64,000 nt of DNA from assembly GCA_946547315.1 (NCBI GenBank), contig CAMNOY010000002.1:13878-77877 (forward strand), written 5' to 3'. The translations under genes and the position numbers were made by a program. This DNA comes from an uncultured Lachnospiraceae bacterium (GTDB taxonomy: Bacteria > Bacillota > Clostridia > Lachnospirales > Lachnospiraceae). Below, one piece after another: positions 47,666-57,208 of the stretch. The stretch's first letter is position 1. Every line of letters starts with the position of its first letter. The notes beneath the pieces are model-generated. The model ran no database searches and had not been told where the DNA came from. It saw only the letters and a program-made list of their open reading frames with translations.

Positions 47666-49153
47666 TTACTTATATGGATTCTCTGTCTTGTAGAGGTTTC
47701 CTGCCGGTCTGTTGTACTCAAGCTCCTCAGGAAGTACTCCGATGTACTTGAATACATCAAAGAGTGCCTTTCCGTGGTGTCCGAACGCAACAGCTCCATG
47801 ATGAGGGAAATTACCGTCTATAAGAGCATAACGGTAGAATCTTCCCATCTCGGGTATAGCGAATACGCCGATACCGCCGAATGATCTTGTCTCAACAGGA
47901 AGAACTTCACCTTCCGCAACATAAGCACGAAGCTTATTATCAGCGGTTGACTGCAGGCGGTAGAATGTGATATCGCCGGGAGTGATGTCTCCTTCAAGAG
48001 TTCCGTTTGTAACCTCGATAGGAAGACTTCTTGCCATGATAGCCTGATACTTCATCTCTGCCTTGCAAAGCTTCTTGGAGCAAGTATTTCCGCAATGGAA
48101 TCCCATAAATGTATCTGTAAGCTTGTAATCAAACTTGCCTTCGATAGAATCCTTGTACATGATCTTCGGAACAGAGTTGTTGATATCAAGAAGTGTTACG
48201 ATATCATCACTTACACAGGTTCCGATGTACTCTGAAAGAGCGCCGTAAATATCAACTTCACATGATACGGGAATTCCGCGGCCGGTTAATCTCGAATTAA
48301 CGTAGCAGGGAACAAATCCGAACTGTGTCTGGAATGCAGGCCAGCACTTTCCTGCGATAGCAAAGAACTGCTTGGATCCCTTGTGTTCTTCGATCCAGTC
48401 AAGGAGTGTCAGCTCATACTGTGCAAGCTTAGGAAGTACTTCAGGCTTCTTGTTGCCGACACCGAGTTCTGCTTCCATATCCTTAACAACATCTGCAATA
48501 CGTGAATCATTGTCATGCTTATGATATGCTTCGAAAAGGTCGAGCTCAGAGTTCTCTTCAATCTCAACACCAAGATTGTACAGCTGCTTGATGGGAGCAT
48601 TACAAGCAAGGAAGTTAAGAGGTCTGGGACCGAATGAGAAGATCTTGAGATTCTTGAGTGCATATACGGCTCTTGCAACAGGAAGGAATGTATGGATCAT
48701 ATCCGCACAATCCTCAGCATCGCCTACGGGATACTCGGGAATGTAAGCCTTAACACCGCGAAGAGCAAGGTTGTAGCTGGCATTAAGCATACCGCAGTAA
48801 GCATCGCCACGTCCGCTTGTTGTAACAGAGTCGTAATCTTCTTCTGCTGCCGCACAGAACATTACAGGTCCGTTAAACTGCTGTGCAAGCATTGTCTCGG
48901 ATATTTCGGGACCGAAGTTTCCGAGGTAAACGCAAAGAGCGTTACAACCCTTGTCATTAATGTCCTTAAGAGCGTTCTGCATATCGATCTCGCTCTCAAT
49001 GATAGTAACGGGACACTCATAGATGTCAGCTGCATCATATTTTGCTGCATATGCATCTACAAGAGCTTTTCTTCTTCTGATAGTGAGCTCGGCCGGGAAA
49101 CAGTCACGGGAAACGCCCACGATACCGATTTTCATTTTGGGTGTGTTATTCAT
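47666..49153 (-). CDS. L-fucose isomerase family sugar isomerase (substrate unknown)
   Basis: 495 aa, FucI/AraA-superfamily-like N-terminal Rossmann-type region (KIGIVGVSRDCFP...). GGAGGA RBS. Confidence 0.7.
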   Translation of the reverse strand: MNNTPKMKIGIVGVSRDCFPAELTIRRRKALVDAYAAKYDAADIYECPVTIIESEIDMQNALKDINDKGCNALCVYLGNFGPEISETMLAQQFNGPVMFCAAAEEDYDSVTTSGRGDAYCGMLNASYNLALRGVKAYIPEYPVGDAEDCADMIHTFLPVARAVYALKNLKIFSFGPRPLNFLACNAPIKQLYNLGVEIEENSELDLFEAYHKHDNDSRIADVVKDMEAELGVGNKKPEVLPKLAQYELTLLDWIEEHKGSKQFFAIAGKCWPAFQTQFGFVPCYVNSRLTGRGIPVSCEVDIYGALSEYIGTCVSDDIVTLLDINNSVPKIMYKDSIEGKFDYKLTDTFMGFHCGNTCSKKLCKAEMKYQAIMARSLPIEVTNGTLEGDITPGDITFYRLQSTADNKLRAYVAEGEVLPVETRSFGGIGVFAIPEMGRFYRYALIDGNFPHHGAVAFGHHGKALFDVFKYIGVLPEELEYNRPAGNLYKTENPYK

Positions 49154-49393
49154 TTGTAATCCTCCTGACTTTTTTTGATAGCCACACCATTAAAAGCTCG
49201 CTTCGCTCGGGTGTGGCCTGCGTGCTGCATAGTTTTCATAGAAAACTTTACACCACCATTTCTGAACATATCATGTTCGAGTATGGGTTCATCTAAGAAA
49301 TTGATACCCTCTGAAATATAATTGTATTGCAATTCCAGCCGATTGTAAAATGAAAAATCATCCTCAATCGGTTAAGATTTTTCCTATTGCGGT

Positions 49394-50029
49394 TCAGATG
49401 TCTCCGGCTATATCGATATTGACCCCGGTAAGCCCGACATATGCACCATCCTTTGCTTCGGATGCTTCCGCATGGGCAAGAAGCCATTTGTTGCAAGCCG
49501 TCATCCACTTATCTTCTTCGCATTTTGCCGATAGAGCCGGAACCGGTCCGTTCGTTCCCTTGGGAAGAACAACAATAACTTTGAATCCGTCTCCTGCCTT
49601 GGCGCTGCAAGGCGCATAGTGAAGCGTTGTTGCATATACCTCCACGGCTACTCCGGCAGGTACGAGGAATGCCTTGACTTTGGAAGTATCAAGCTTACCG
49701 TTTTCAATCTCATCCTCTTTGGCAAGCAGCAGGATAAAATCCTTCGTTCCGATATTGATCTCGCTGTCACGATGATATTCAAGACAGTTAAGCTTTGTGT
49801 TGTGGCCGTTGCAATATCCTATCTGAATGGGCATTCCGCCATATACATTGTTCTGTAATACTCCGAATGCATCCGTATACTCAAGTTCCGCAACGCTTCC
49901 CACATATTCTACTCCGTCGGGAAGTGGTGTCTTATCCTCAAGGGCTTTGAGCAGTCCCTTAAAATCATAACCGTTAAGTACTTTGCCGTATGCGACAAAT
50001 TCCGGATCCGTAACCTTTTTAATCTCCAT
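49394..50029 (-). CDS. DUF4867 family protein
   Basis: 211 aa from the ATG at 50029 (GGAG RBS). Family assignment is from memory. Confidence 0.55.
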   Translation of the reverse strand: MEIKKVTDPEFVAYGKVLNGYDFKGLLKALEDKTPLPDGVEYVGSVAELEYTDAFGVLQNNVYGGMPIQIGYCNGHNTKLNCLEYHRDSEINIGTKDFILLLAKEDEIENGKLDTSKVKAFLVPAGVAVEVYATTLHYAPCSAKAGDGFKVIVVLPKGTNGPVPALSAKCEEDKWMTACNKWLLAHAEASEAKDGAYVGLTGVNIDIAGDI

Positions 50030-50060
50030 ATCAATCTTCTCCTTTTCCTGGTTTATCTCT

Positions 50061-51518
50061 TTAGAACAGGCATTTAACTGTCGGATACAGTTTCTTGAAC
50101 TGCTGGTACTTCGCCTCATATTTCTCCGTAAGGTCTTTGTCCGGTTCAATGGTGTCTATGACCTTAACAAGCTGCTCTGTAGCATCATGAACCGATGCAA
50201 ACTCTCCGCACCCTACAGCAGCAAGTATGGCACCGCCGTATCCGGGTCCTTCTTCCGACTCTATAACCTGAACTTCTATTCCTAGCACGTTTGCGATTAT
50301 CTTCTTCCAAAGAGGACTCTTTGCTCCTCCGCCGCAGATCTTGGTCTTCCTGATCTGGATTCCGAGGGACTTGGCAACTTCAAACGAATCTCTTATTCCG
50401 AATGCAACACCTTCAAGTATGGCCTGCGTCATATCTTCTCTTGTCGTATCCATACTCATGCCTATGAACATTGCCCTTGCGTCGGGGTTGTTATGAGGGC
50501 TTCTCTCTCCCATAAGATATGGAAGAAAGAATACGTTGTTTTCTCCGAGTTTGGTAATATTCTTCTGTTCAGCGCCGTAATCGGTCGTATTCAGAATATC
50601 CTCCATCCACCACTTGTTACAGCTTGCAGCCGAAAGCATACATCCCATAAGGTGGTAGTTTCCGTCCGCATGTGCAAAAGCATGAAGAGCATTATTGTCG
50701 TCCACGCAGAATTCTTTGCTGGAGATAAAGATCGTTCCGCTTGTTCCGAGGGAGATATTACATCTGCCGTTACCGACCGTTCCGGTTCCTATTGCCGCGG
50801 CAGCATTGTCTCCTGCACCTGCTATTACCTTGACAGTCTCGGGGAATCCGAGCTCCTTGGCAACATCAGCCTTAATATTTCCTACAACTTCGTAACTCTC
50901 GAATATCTGTGCAAGCTGGTCTTCTCTTACATGGCATATTTCCATCATTTCCTTGGACCAGCACTTATTCTTCACATCAAATAGGAGCATACCCGATGCA
51001 TCCGACACATCGGTACAGTGAACCCCTGAGAGCTTGTAAGCTATATAGTCTTTGGGAAGCATGATCTTGTCGATCCTTGCAAACAGATCAGGCTCGTGCT
51101 CTTTCATCCAGAGTATCTTAGGTGCTGTGAATCCCGCAAAAGCTATATTTGCCGTATACTGTGAAAGCTTATCCTTGCCTATCACATTGTTAAGATATTC
51201 CGTTTCTTTTGTAGTACGCCCGTCATTCCAGAGAATTGCAGGTCTGATTACGTTATCGTCCTTATCAAGAACAACCAGGCCGTGCATCTGTCCACCGAAA
51301 CTGATTCCCGCGATTTTATCCCTGTCGGCATATGCCGTAAGTTCCTTAAGTCCTGCTACTGTCTGTTCCCACCAGTCCTCGGGCTTCTGCTGGGACCATC
51401 CGGGATACGGAAACTCCAGCGGATATTCCTTTGATACGATCTTCTCGATTCCGCCCTTTTCGTTCATAAGCAGCAGCTTAACGGCGGACGTTCCCAAATC
51501 TACGCCTATATAAAGCAT
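50061..51518 (-). CDS. xylB: FGGY-family pentulose kinase (xylulokinase-like)
   Basis: MLYIGVDLGTSAVK..., 485 aa. GGAGGG RBS. Confidence 0.85.
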   Translation of the reverse strand: MLYIGVDLGTSAVKLLLMNEKGGIEKIVSKEYPLEFPYPGWSQQKPEDWWEQTVAGLKELTAYADRDKIAGISFGGQMHGLVVLDKDDNVIRPAILWNDGRTTKETEYLNNVIGKDKLSQYTANIAFAGFTAPKILWMKEHEPDLFARIDKIMLPKDYIAYKLSGVHCTDVSDASGMLLFDVKNKCWSKEMMEICHVREDQLAQIFESYEVVGNIKADVAKELGFPETVKVIAGAGDNAAAAIGTGTVGNGRCNISLGTSGTIFISSKEFCVDDNNALHAFAHADGNYHLMGCMLSAASCNKWWMEDILNTTDYGAEQKNITKLGENNVFFLPYLMGERSPHNNPDARAMFIGMSMDTTREDMTQAILEGVAFGIRDSFEVAKSLGIQIRKTKICGGGAKSPLWKKIIANVLGIEVQVIESEEGPGYGGAILAAVGCGEFASVHDATEQLVKVIDTIEPDKDLTEKYEAKYQQFKKLYPTVKCLF

Positions 51519-51539
51519 TTTGTAACCCTCCTGTGCTTG

Positions 51540-52520
51540 TTATTTATACGGATCGATGGTAACTATCGTTCCGTCATCATTATACATGAGTTCGGTATAT
51601 TTTACACACCTTCTGTGATTAATTCCGTCAGACATTTCACAGTCGTGATAGAATATGTACCATTTACCGTGATACTCTATGATCGAATGATGCGTTGTCC
51701 ATCCGAGGACCGGCTCCATTATCCTTCCTCTGTAAGTAAACGGTCCAAACGGGGAATCACTTGTCGCATATACGATATAGTGCGTAGTTCCCGTCGAATA
51801 TGAGAGATAATACTTCCCATTATACTTATGCATCCACGGACCTTCGAAGTATCTTCTGTCCTCATCCTTGGCCTTAAGCGGATTGCCGTCCTCATCAAGA
51901 ATCTTTAGCATTACGGGTTTTTCGGCAAATGATTTCATATCCTGACTCATTACCGCACACATAGGTCCAAGGGCATCCGCTTCCGGATCGGGATCCGGTG
52001 AAAAAGGAGCATCGGGGTCAAATTTTCCGCTTTTCCATTTTTCAAGTTGTCCTCCCCACAGACCGCCGTAATATACTATTACCTTACCGTCATCATCGAC
52101 AAGAACAGCCGGATCAATGCTATAGCTTCCTTCTATATAGTTCTCCTCAGGATCAAAAGGTCCTGTCGGGGATTCGGACGAGGCTACTCCGAGTCTGAAA
52201 TTCCCTTCCTTATCTCTTGCCGGAAATATAAGATAGTACCTGCCGTTAACATATGCTGCATCGGGAGCCCATAATTGCGTGCTTACCCACGGAACATCCG
52301 AATCGGACAAAGCCAATCCGTTATCTACACATTCGCTCTCCAGACTGTCCATTGACAGGACATGATAGTCCCTCATTTGGTATTCGTCGCCGTTATCGTT
52401 ATCTTCTCCTCCGTGAGGTATATCATGCGAAGGATAGACATAAATCTTGTCATTAAACACATGGGCCGAGGGATCGGCGGTAAACATATGTCTGACAAGA
52501 GGCTTCCTTTGTTCGCTCAT
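51540..52520 (-). CDS. GH43 family beta-xylosidase/alpha-L-arabinofuranosidase, no signal peptide
   Basis: 326 aa, ...FTADPSAHVFNDKIYVYPSHD...WAPDAAY...EGPWMHKYNGKYYLSYS. Confidence 0.85.
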   Translation of the reverse strand: MSEQRKPLVRHMFTADPSAHVFNDKIYVYPSHDIPHGGEDNDNGDEYQMRDYHVLSMDSLESECVDNGLALSDSDVPWVSTQLWAPDAAYVNGRYYLIFPARDKEGNFRLGVASSESPTGPFDPEENYIEGSYSIDPAVLVDDDGKVIVYYGGLWGGQLEKWKSGKFDPDAPFSPDPDPEADALGPMCAVMSQDMKSFAEKPVMLKILDEDGNPLKAKDEDRRYFEGPWMHKYNGKYYLSYSTGTTHYIVYATSDSPFGPFTYRGRIMEPVLGWTTHHSIIEYHGKWYIFYHDCEMSDGINHRRCVKYTELMYNDDGTIVTIDPYK

Positions 52521-52524
52521 ATCA

Positions 52525-53382
52525 TCATCCTTTCACCGCACCTGCGGTAAGACCTTCAACTATCTGGTTTGCAAACGCTACATAAGCAATTATCGTAGGA
52601 ATGATAGCAATCATGATAGCCGCAAACATCTGACAGTAGTTTGTATGATAAGGACCAACGAATTTTGTAAGCGAAACAGGAAGTGTCTTCTTGGCTTCTT
52701 TGGAAATAAATACCATTGCTACAAGCAGTTCGTTCCAGTTAGATACAAACGACATAAGCCCGGTTACCATGAATCCGGTCTTGGCAAGAGGAATTGCTAC
52801 CGTGCTGAACATCTTGTATACAGAACATCCGTCGATACATGCCGCCTCAAACAGCTCATTTGGTATTCCCTCAAAGAACCCGACCATTATATAAATGGTT
52901 ATCGGGAGCGAGAATGTAATATAAGGAATGATTATACCCATAAGAGTATTGCTCATGCCCCAGCCCGAAAACTGAACAAACAGCGGAATCAGTATTGTAT
53001 GAATGGGGATCATCATACCGATCAGGAAATAATACATAGCAAGCTTGGACAGCTTCCAGCGGAGTTTCGCAATTGCAAATGCAGCCATTGAACCAAAAAT
53101 CATTGAGATCACAAGTGTTGATCCGCAGACGATGAGCGAATTGAGCATCGCGGTTCCAAGGTGTCCTTTTGTCCATGCAAATTCATAGTTGCTCCATTCA
53201 AGCTTTGCAGGCATAGCCCACGGAGAAAGCATCAGAGTGCTGTCATTTTTAAGAGACGTAATAAGTACCCACAGAAGAGGTACGATATATATGATGGCGA
53301 GCAGTATAAGGAACACGTATATAAGTGTCGATACGATTTTCGCCTGTTTTTTCTCTTTACTTATAGTCATTGTATTAGCCAT
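52525..53382 (-). CDS. carbohydrate ABC transporter permease
   Basis: MalG/BPD-type permease with an EAA-like loop (EAACIDGCSVYKMF). The ATG at 53382 has a GGAGGAG RBS. Confidence 0.88.
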   Translation of the reverse strand: MANTMTISKEKKQAKIVSTLIYVFLILLAIIYIVPLLWVLITSLKNDSTLMLSPWAMPAKLEWSNYEFAWTKGHLGTAMLNSLIVCGSTLVISMIFGSMAAFAIAKLRWKLSKLAMYYFLIGMMIPIHTILIPLFVQFSGWGMSNTLMGIIIPYITFSLPITIYIMVGFFEGIPNELFEAACIDGCSVYKMFSTVAIPLAKTGFMVTGLMSFVSNWNELLVAMVFISKEAKKTLPVSLTKFVGPYHTNYCQMFAAIMIAIIPTIIAYVAFANQIVEGLTAGAVKG

Positions 53383-53395
53383 TTTCTTCTCCTCC

Positions 53396-54304
53396 TTACA
53401 TATCATAGCTCTCAGTCTTGACGAACTTGTTGATGATGACCGTCATGACAAGGCAAAGTACGAGGAGGATGACACCTATCGCCGAGCCGTAACCGAGCTT
53501 GCTGAACTTAAATGCCTGAGTATAAAGGTGTGTAGCAATTACATCAGCCTTGTGGCTCAAGAATCCTTCGGGGATCATATTATAGATCAGATCGAAGAAC
53601 TTAAGCGAACCTATAGCATTAAGGCTCATTGCCGTTGCCACCATTGGCTTGATGAGAGGAAGCGTAATATAGAAGAACGACTGTTTCTTGCTGCATCCGT
53701 CTATATATGAAGCTTCATAAATGTCGGAACTGATTCCTGAGATCTGTGCCATATACAACATCATCGACTGACCGACATACTGCCATAATGCCACAAAAGA
53801 GATGACCCAGATCGGAAGTATTATGTACCCTTCGGTACTGAACAACCACTGTGGACCTAATGTACAATCCCCATTAAAAAAACCCATGGATGCAAGCATC
53901 TGGTTGATACCGAGTCTCGGCATGAACACGAACATCCACAGAAGACCAAGTGCCGCAGATGACAGAACACAGGGAAGATAATATATATTTTTGAAGAAGT
54001 TACGACCCTTTTTAATATTGGTAAGAAGCGCCGCTAGAATCAGACCGAAAATGAGCTGCGTAACTATCGAGAAAATCATAAAGAACATTGAGTTTCTGAA
54101 CGCGATCTTCATTGTTTTGTCTTTGGTAAAAAGCATCACATAATTCTTGATGCCGATATACTTGGGCTGATAATTGATCTTGTAATTGCAAAGCGAATAG
54201 TAAATTGCCTTGCATACAGGAATGAACAGCACTGCCGTAAACATTATCAGCGCCGGTGCGATAAAGAGGATTATCGCCTTCTTATTTCTCATTAACTTGT
54301 CCAT
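53396..54304 (-). CDS. carbohydrate ABC transporter permease
   Basis: MalF-type permease (EASYIDGCSKKQSFFYITLP). The ATG at 54304 has a GGGAGG RBS. Confidence 0.88.
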   Translation of the reverse strand: MDKLMRNKKAIILFIAPALIMFTAVLFIPVCKAIYYSLCNYKINYQPKYIGIKNYVMLFTKDKTMKIAFRNSMFFMIFSIVTQLIFGLILAALLTNIKKGRNFFKNIYYLPCVLSSAALGLLWMFVFMPRLGINQMLASMGFFNGDCTLGPQWLFSTEGYIILPIWVISFVALWQYVGQSMMLYMAQISGISSDIYEASYIDGCSKKQSFFYITLPLIKPMVATAMSLNAIGSLKFFDLIYNMIPEGFLSHKADVIATHLYTQAFKFSKLGYGSAIGVILLVLCLVMTVIINKFVKTESYDM

Positions 54305-54390
54305 AAATAACCTCCCTGAAACAACGGTCAGCACCCAAAACAGGGTGCTGACCAATTGTGATATAACGCCTGTTTATCGCATTCTATCGA

Positions 54391-55788
54391 TTATTCCCAA
54401 ACGTTCATCTCATAGTAATCTTCGATGGGATCAAGAGCTGTTGCGGGATCCTCACCCTTGAAGATCTCTACGAAACAGTTATCAAATGTTGAACCTGCCT
54501 CTGTATCTGCAAGAGACTCGTTGTAGAATCCGAATGTAGAAGAAGCGCTCTTGAATACATCCATAACATAGCTAAGCTCGGGAGGAGCAACTGTCTCGTC
54601 ATACTGTACATTTGTAACAGGAATCTTACCACCGACTTCTGCTGTATACTTCTGAGCTGTATCATCCGTGAAGTACTTCATAAGCTGAACTGCTGCTTCG
54701 GGATGCTGTGTGTTAGCACTCATAGCAAGAGAGTCTGACTTAGCGATTACTCTGTTAGGATCTGCTGAAGAACCGTCAACTGCAGGGAATGCGAATACGC
54801 CTACCTTATCAGCGAAGCCTTCTGCGCAAGAACCATTGATCTGACCGATTGCCCATGAACCCTGGATAAGGATTGCAGCCTCTCCGTTGTAAAATGCTGC
54901 TGTAGCTACATCATTGTCATCGCCTGCTGCTGTCTTCTGGAAATACTTGGAAAGTTCCTGGATCTGCTTACCAGCGTTGATAACCTTCTCATCCTTCCAG
55001 TCTGTCTTGTGAGTCTTGATATCGTCAAGGTTGAGACCGTTTCTGTCGCAAAGGTAGCCGGCAACCATTGACAGGCACCAAGCTGTTCCTGCTGAAATTG
55101 TGATAGGTGTGTAACCCTTATCCTGAAGCTTCTGGCAAGCATCGAGGAGTTCTGAGAAAGTCTTGGGAACTTCTGCGCCTGCATCTGCAAACATCTCTGT
55201 GTTATAGAATACACATGCTGCTGCGATGTTAAGAGGAACTGCGTAGATACCTGCGCCGTCGCCGCCCTCATCACCGTATGTGCCGCCTGCGAATACAGCA
55301 TCTGATGTGAAAGTATCTTTCCATCCGTCTGCAAGGTAATCATCAAGCTTAGCAGCTACGCCTGTCATAGCATAGTCGTTAAGGTTTGCTCCGGGAGATA
55401 CGATAAATACATCGGGTGTCTCGCCTGCTGCTACAAGAGCGTTAAGCTTGTCATAGTACTCTTCAAGGTTTGTTGTGATAGGTGTGCAGTGATACTTACC
55501 TTCGAAATCCTTGTTGAATCTGTCGATAGAATCTTTGTAACCTTTTGTGATAAGGTCTTCTGATGCCTCAAGATCATCCCATACCATAAAGCTGATCTCT
55601 TCAACATCTCCTGATGCAGCTTCTTCTGCTGCGGGTTCTTCTGCTGCGGGCTCATCAGCCGGAGCTGCTTCTTCTGTTGCTGCGGGTGCTGCATCTGCTG
55701 CAGGAGCTGCTGCGCCGCCACAAGCTGAAAGAAGGCTCATTGTCATTGCTGCAGAAAGACAAATTGCCAAAAACTTTTTCATTTTCAT
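54391..55788 (-). CDS. extracellular sugar-binding lipoprotein of ABC transporter
   Basis: Lipobox LLSACGG, an Ala/Pro/Glu-rich linker, and an SBP family 1 body, 465 aa. Confidence 0.88.
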   Translation of the reverse strand: MKMKKFLAICLSAAMTMSLLSACGGAAAPAADAAPAATEEAAPADEPAAEEPAAEEAASGDVEEISFMVWDDLEASEDLITKGYKDSIDRFNKDFEGKYHCTPITTNLEEYYDKLNALVAAGETPDVFIVSPGANLNDYAMTGVAAKLDDYLADGWKDTFTSDAVFAGGTYGDEGGDGAGIYAVPLNIAAACVFYNTEMFADAGAEVPKTFSELLDACQKLQDKGYTPITISAGTAWCLSMVAGYLCDRNGLNLDDIKTHKTDWKDEKVINAGKQIQELSKYFQKTAAGDDNDVATAAFYNGEAAILIQGSWAIGQINGSCAEGFADKVGVFAFPAVDGSSADPNRVIAKSDSLAMSANTQHPEAAVQLMKYFTDDTAQKYTAEVGGKIPVTNVQYDETVAPPELSYVMDVFKSASSTFGFYNESLADTEAGSTFDNCFVEIFKGEDPATALDPIEDYYEMNVWE

Positions 55789-55920
55789 TTGTTTTCCTCC
55801 TTTTGAAAATGTAGTTTAAAAACTTGGTAATTCCACTCTAATTCCGTTAGCTATTTTTAACTACACAATTATTGCTTTTTGATTATCAAAAATTGCTATT
55901 TATTGTAACCGTCTTTTCTA

Positions 55921-55934
55921 CGAAAACGTTTAAG
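55921..55934. promoter_or_regulatory. candidate CcpA cre site
   Basis: CGAAAACGTTTAAG matches about 11/14 of the TGAAARCGYTTWCA consensus. It lies in the divergent SBP/araC control region. Confidence 0.3.
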
Positions 55935-56098
55935 TTGTAAGTTTTCTACTTATTATTGTTCCTATTTTTGTATATATTACCTAAATTTCAATTGTTTCTT
56001 TACAGAGCATTCTAATTTGTTGTATGATTTTTTTGCAATTTTTCGGAACTAAATACATGTTAAATAATTATCAAATTTTGGATAAGGTGTAGCAAGAA

Positions 56099-56971
56099 TT
56101 GATAAAGATACTTGATGGAGTAAAGGAAACGGTCAGTTTTGAGTATGAATCTACCCTTTTGCTCTACAATAACACGGATTATGAAGAATACCCCAACCAC
56201 TGGCATCCGGCCGTAGAGATCGTAATGCCTCTCGAGGGTGAGTATACCATGGAGTGTAACGACATTCCTTTTAATCTGCGTGTTGATGACATTATAATAA
56301 TATGTCCCGGAGTACTCCATCATCTGTATGCCCACAAGGGCAGAAGGATCATTTTTCAGGTCGACCTGTCAATGATCCAGTCTTTCAATGAATACAATTC
56401 CATTTTTTCTATAATGCAACCTGCCATAGTCATAACACCTGAAGATTTTCCGGAGATTCATGATAAATGCGTAAATCTTATGAAGGGTATATACGATGAA
56501 TATTTCGGAAATGCCCCTTTAAAAAACGTATCGATCGTGGAAAAATTCCTGCAGATGCTCGTTATGGTTGCCAGATACTATACCGCAAGCCCTGACCGGT
56601 TTGCCGGGATCAAGCCCAATAAACAGCAGGAATATACCGAGAAATTCCTCTCAATATGCAATTATCTGAACGAGCACTGCACAGAAGACCTTACTCTTGA
56701 GGAAGTTGCCGATATGGCCGGATTCTCAAAATACCATTTTTCCAGACTCTTCAAGGAATTTGCCGGAATGCCGTTTTACAAATATCTGAACACAAGGCGA
56801 ATAGCCTATTCGGAAAAGCTGTTGCTAGATCCGGAGATCAACGTGACTGAGGTGGCTATAAGAAGCGGATTTAACAGTATATCTGCTTTCATGCGTATGT
56901 TTAAGATCGTAAGAAACTGTACTCCGACCCAGTTCAGAAATTTAAACAACGCATATTCCAAAAGATTCTGA
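56099..56971 (+). CDS. AraC family transcriptional regulator (cupin + HTH)
   Basis: 290 aa with a C-terminal AraC HTH (...GFSKYHFSRLFKEFAGMPFYKYLNTRRI...). TTG start. Confidence 0.88.
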   Translation: MIKILDGVKETVSFEYESTLLLYNNTDYEEYPNHWHPAVEIVMPLEGEYTMECNDIPFNLRVDDIIIICPGVLHHLYAHKGRRIIFQVDLSMIQSFNEYNSIFSIMQPAIVITPEDFPEIHDKCVNLMKGIYDEYFGNAPLKNVSIVEKFLQMLVMVARYYTASPDRFAGIKPNKQQEYTEKFLSICNYLNEHCTEDLTLEEVADMAGFSKYHFSRLFKEFAGMPFYKYLNTRRIAYSEKLLLDPEINVTEVAIRSGFNSISAFMRMFKIVRNCTPTQFRNLNNAYSKRF

Positions 56972-57060
56972 CCGGTTTTGACAAAGCTGCCGTTTCTTGG
57001 TAATATTTCTGTTAGTTAAATGAATGGTTATTACTTTTATTTTATATCGGAGAATTAACT

Positions 57061-57186
57061 ATGGATGCAGGAATGCTTATATTTGCCGGCATAGTCGGAC
57101 TTGTTATAATTGTTGCGGTCGTTGTTTCCGCAGTTACAAGCGTTATATCCGCAGTAGCCGGAGAAGTCGAAGACAAAGAAGACTGA
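57061..57186 (+). CDS. 41-aa hydrophobic small membrane protein (not in ORF track)
   Basis: MDAGMLIFAGIVGLVIIVAVVVSAVTSVISAVAGEVEDKED. GGAGA RBS 7 nt upstream, and the stop runs into a terminator hairpin. Confidence 0.5.
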   Translation: MDAGMLIFAGIVGLVIIVAVVVSAVTSVISAVAGEVEDKED

Positions 57187-57208
57187 CGCAGATTGCGTCA
57201 GTCTTTTA
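57180..57208. terminator. bidirectional intrinsic terminator
   Basis: AGACTGACGCA-gat-TGCGTCAGTCT followed by TTTT. Confidence 0.65.

Noticed and set aside
49150-49332. A 60-aa ORF ending in an ATGA overlap with the FucI-like gene, considered as a real coupled gene.
   Set aside because: It has a TTG start without an RBS and no recognisable family. Its 3' end is simply the isomerase RBS region read in another frame. It is kept only as a low-interest note.
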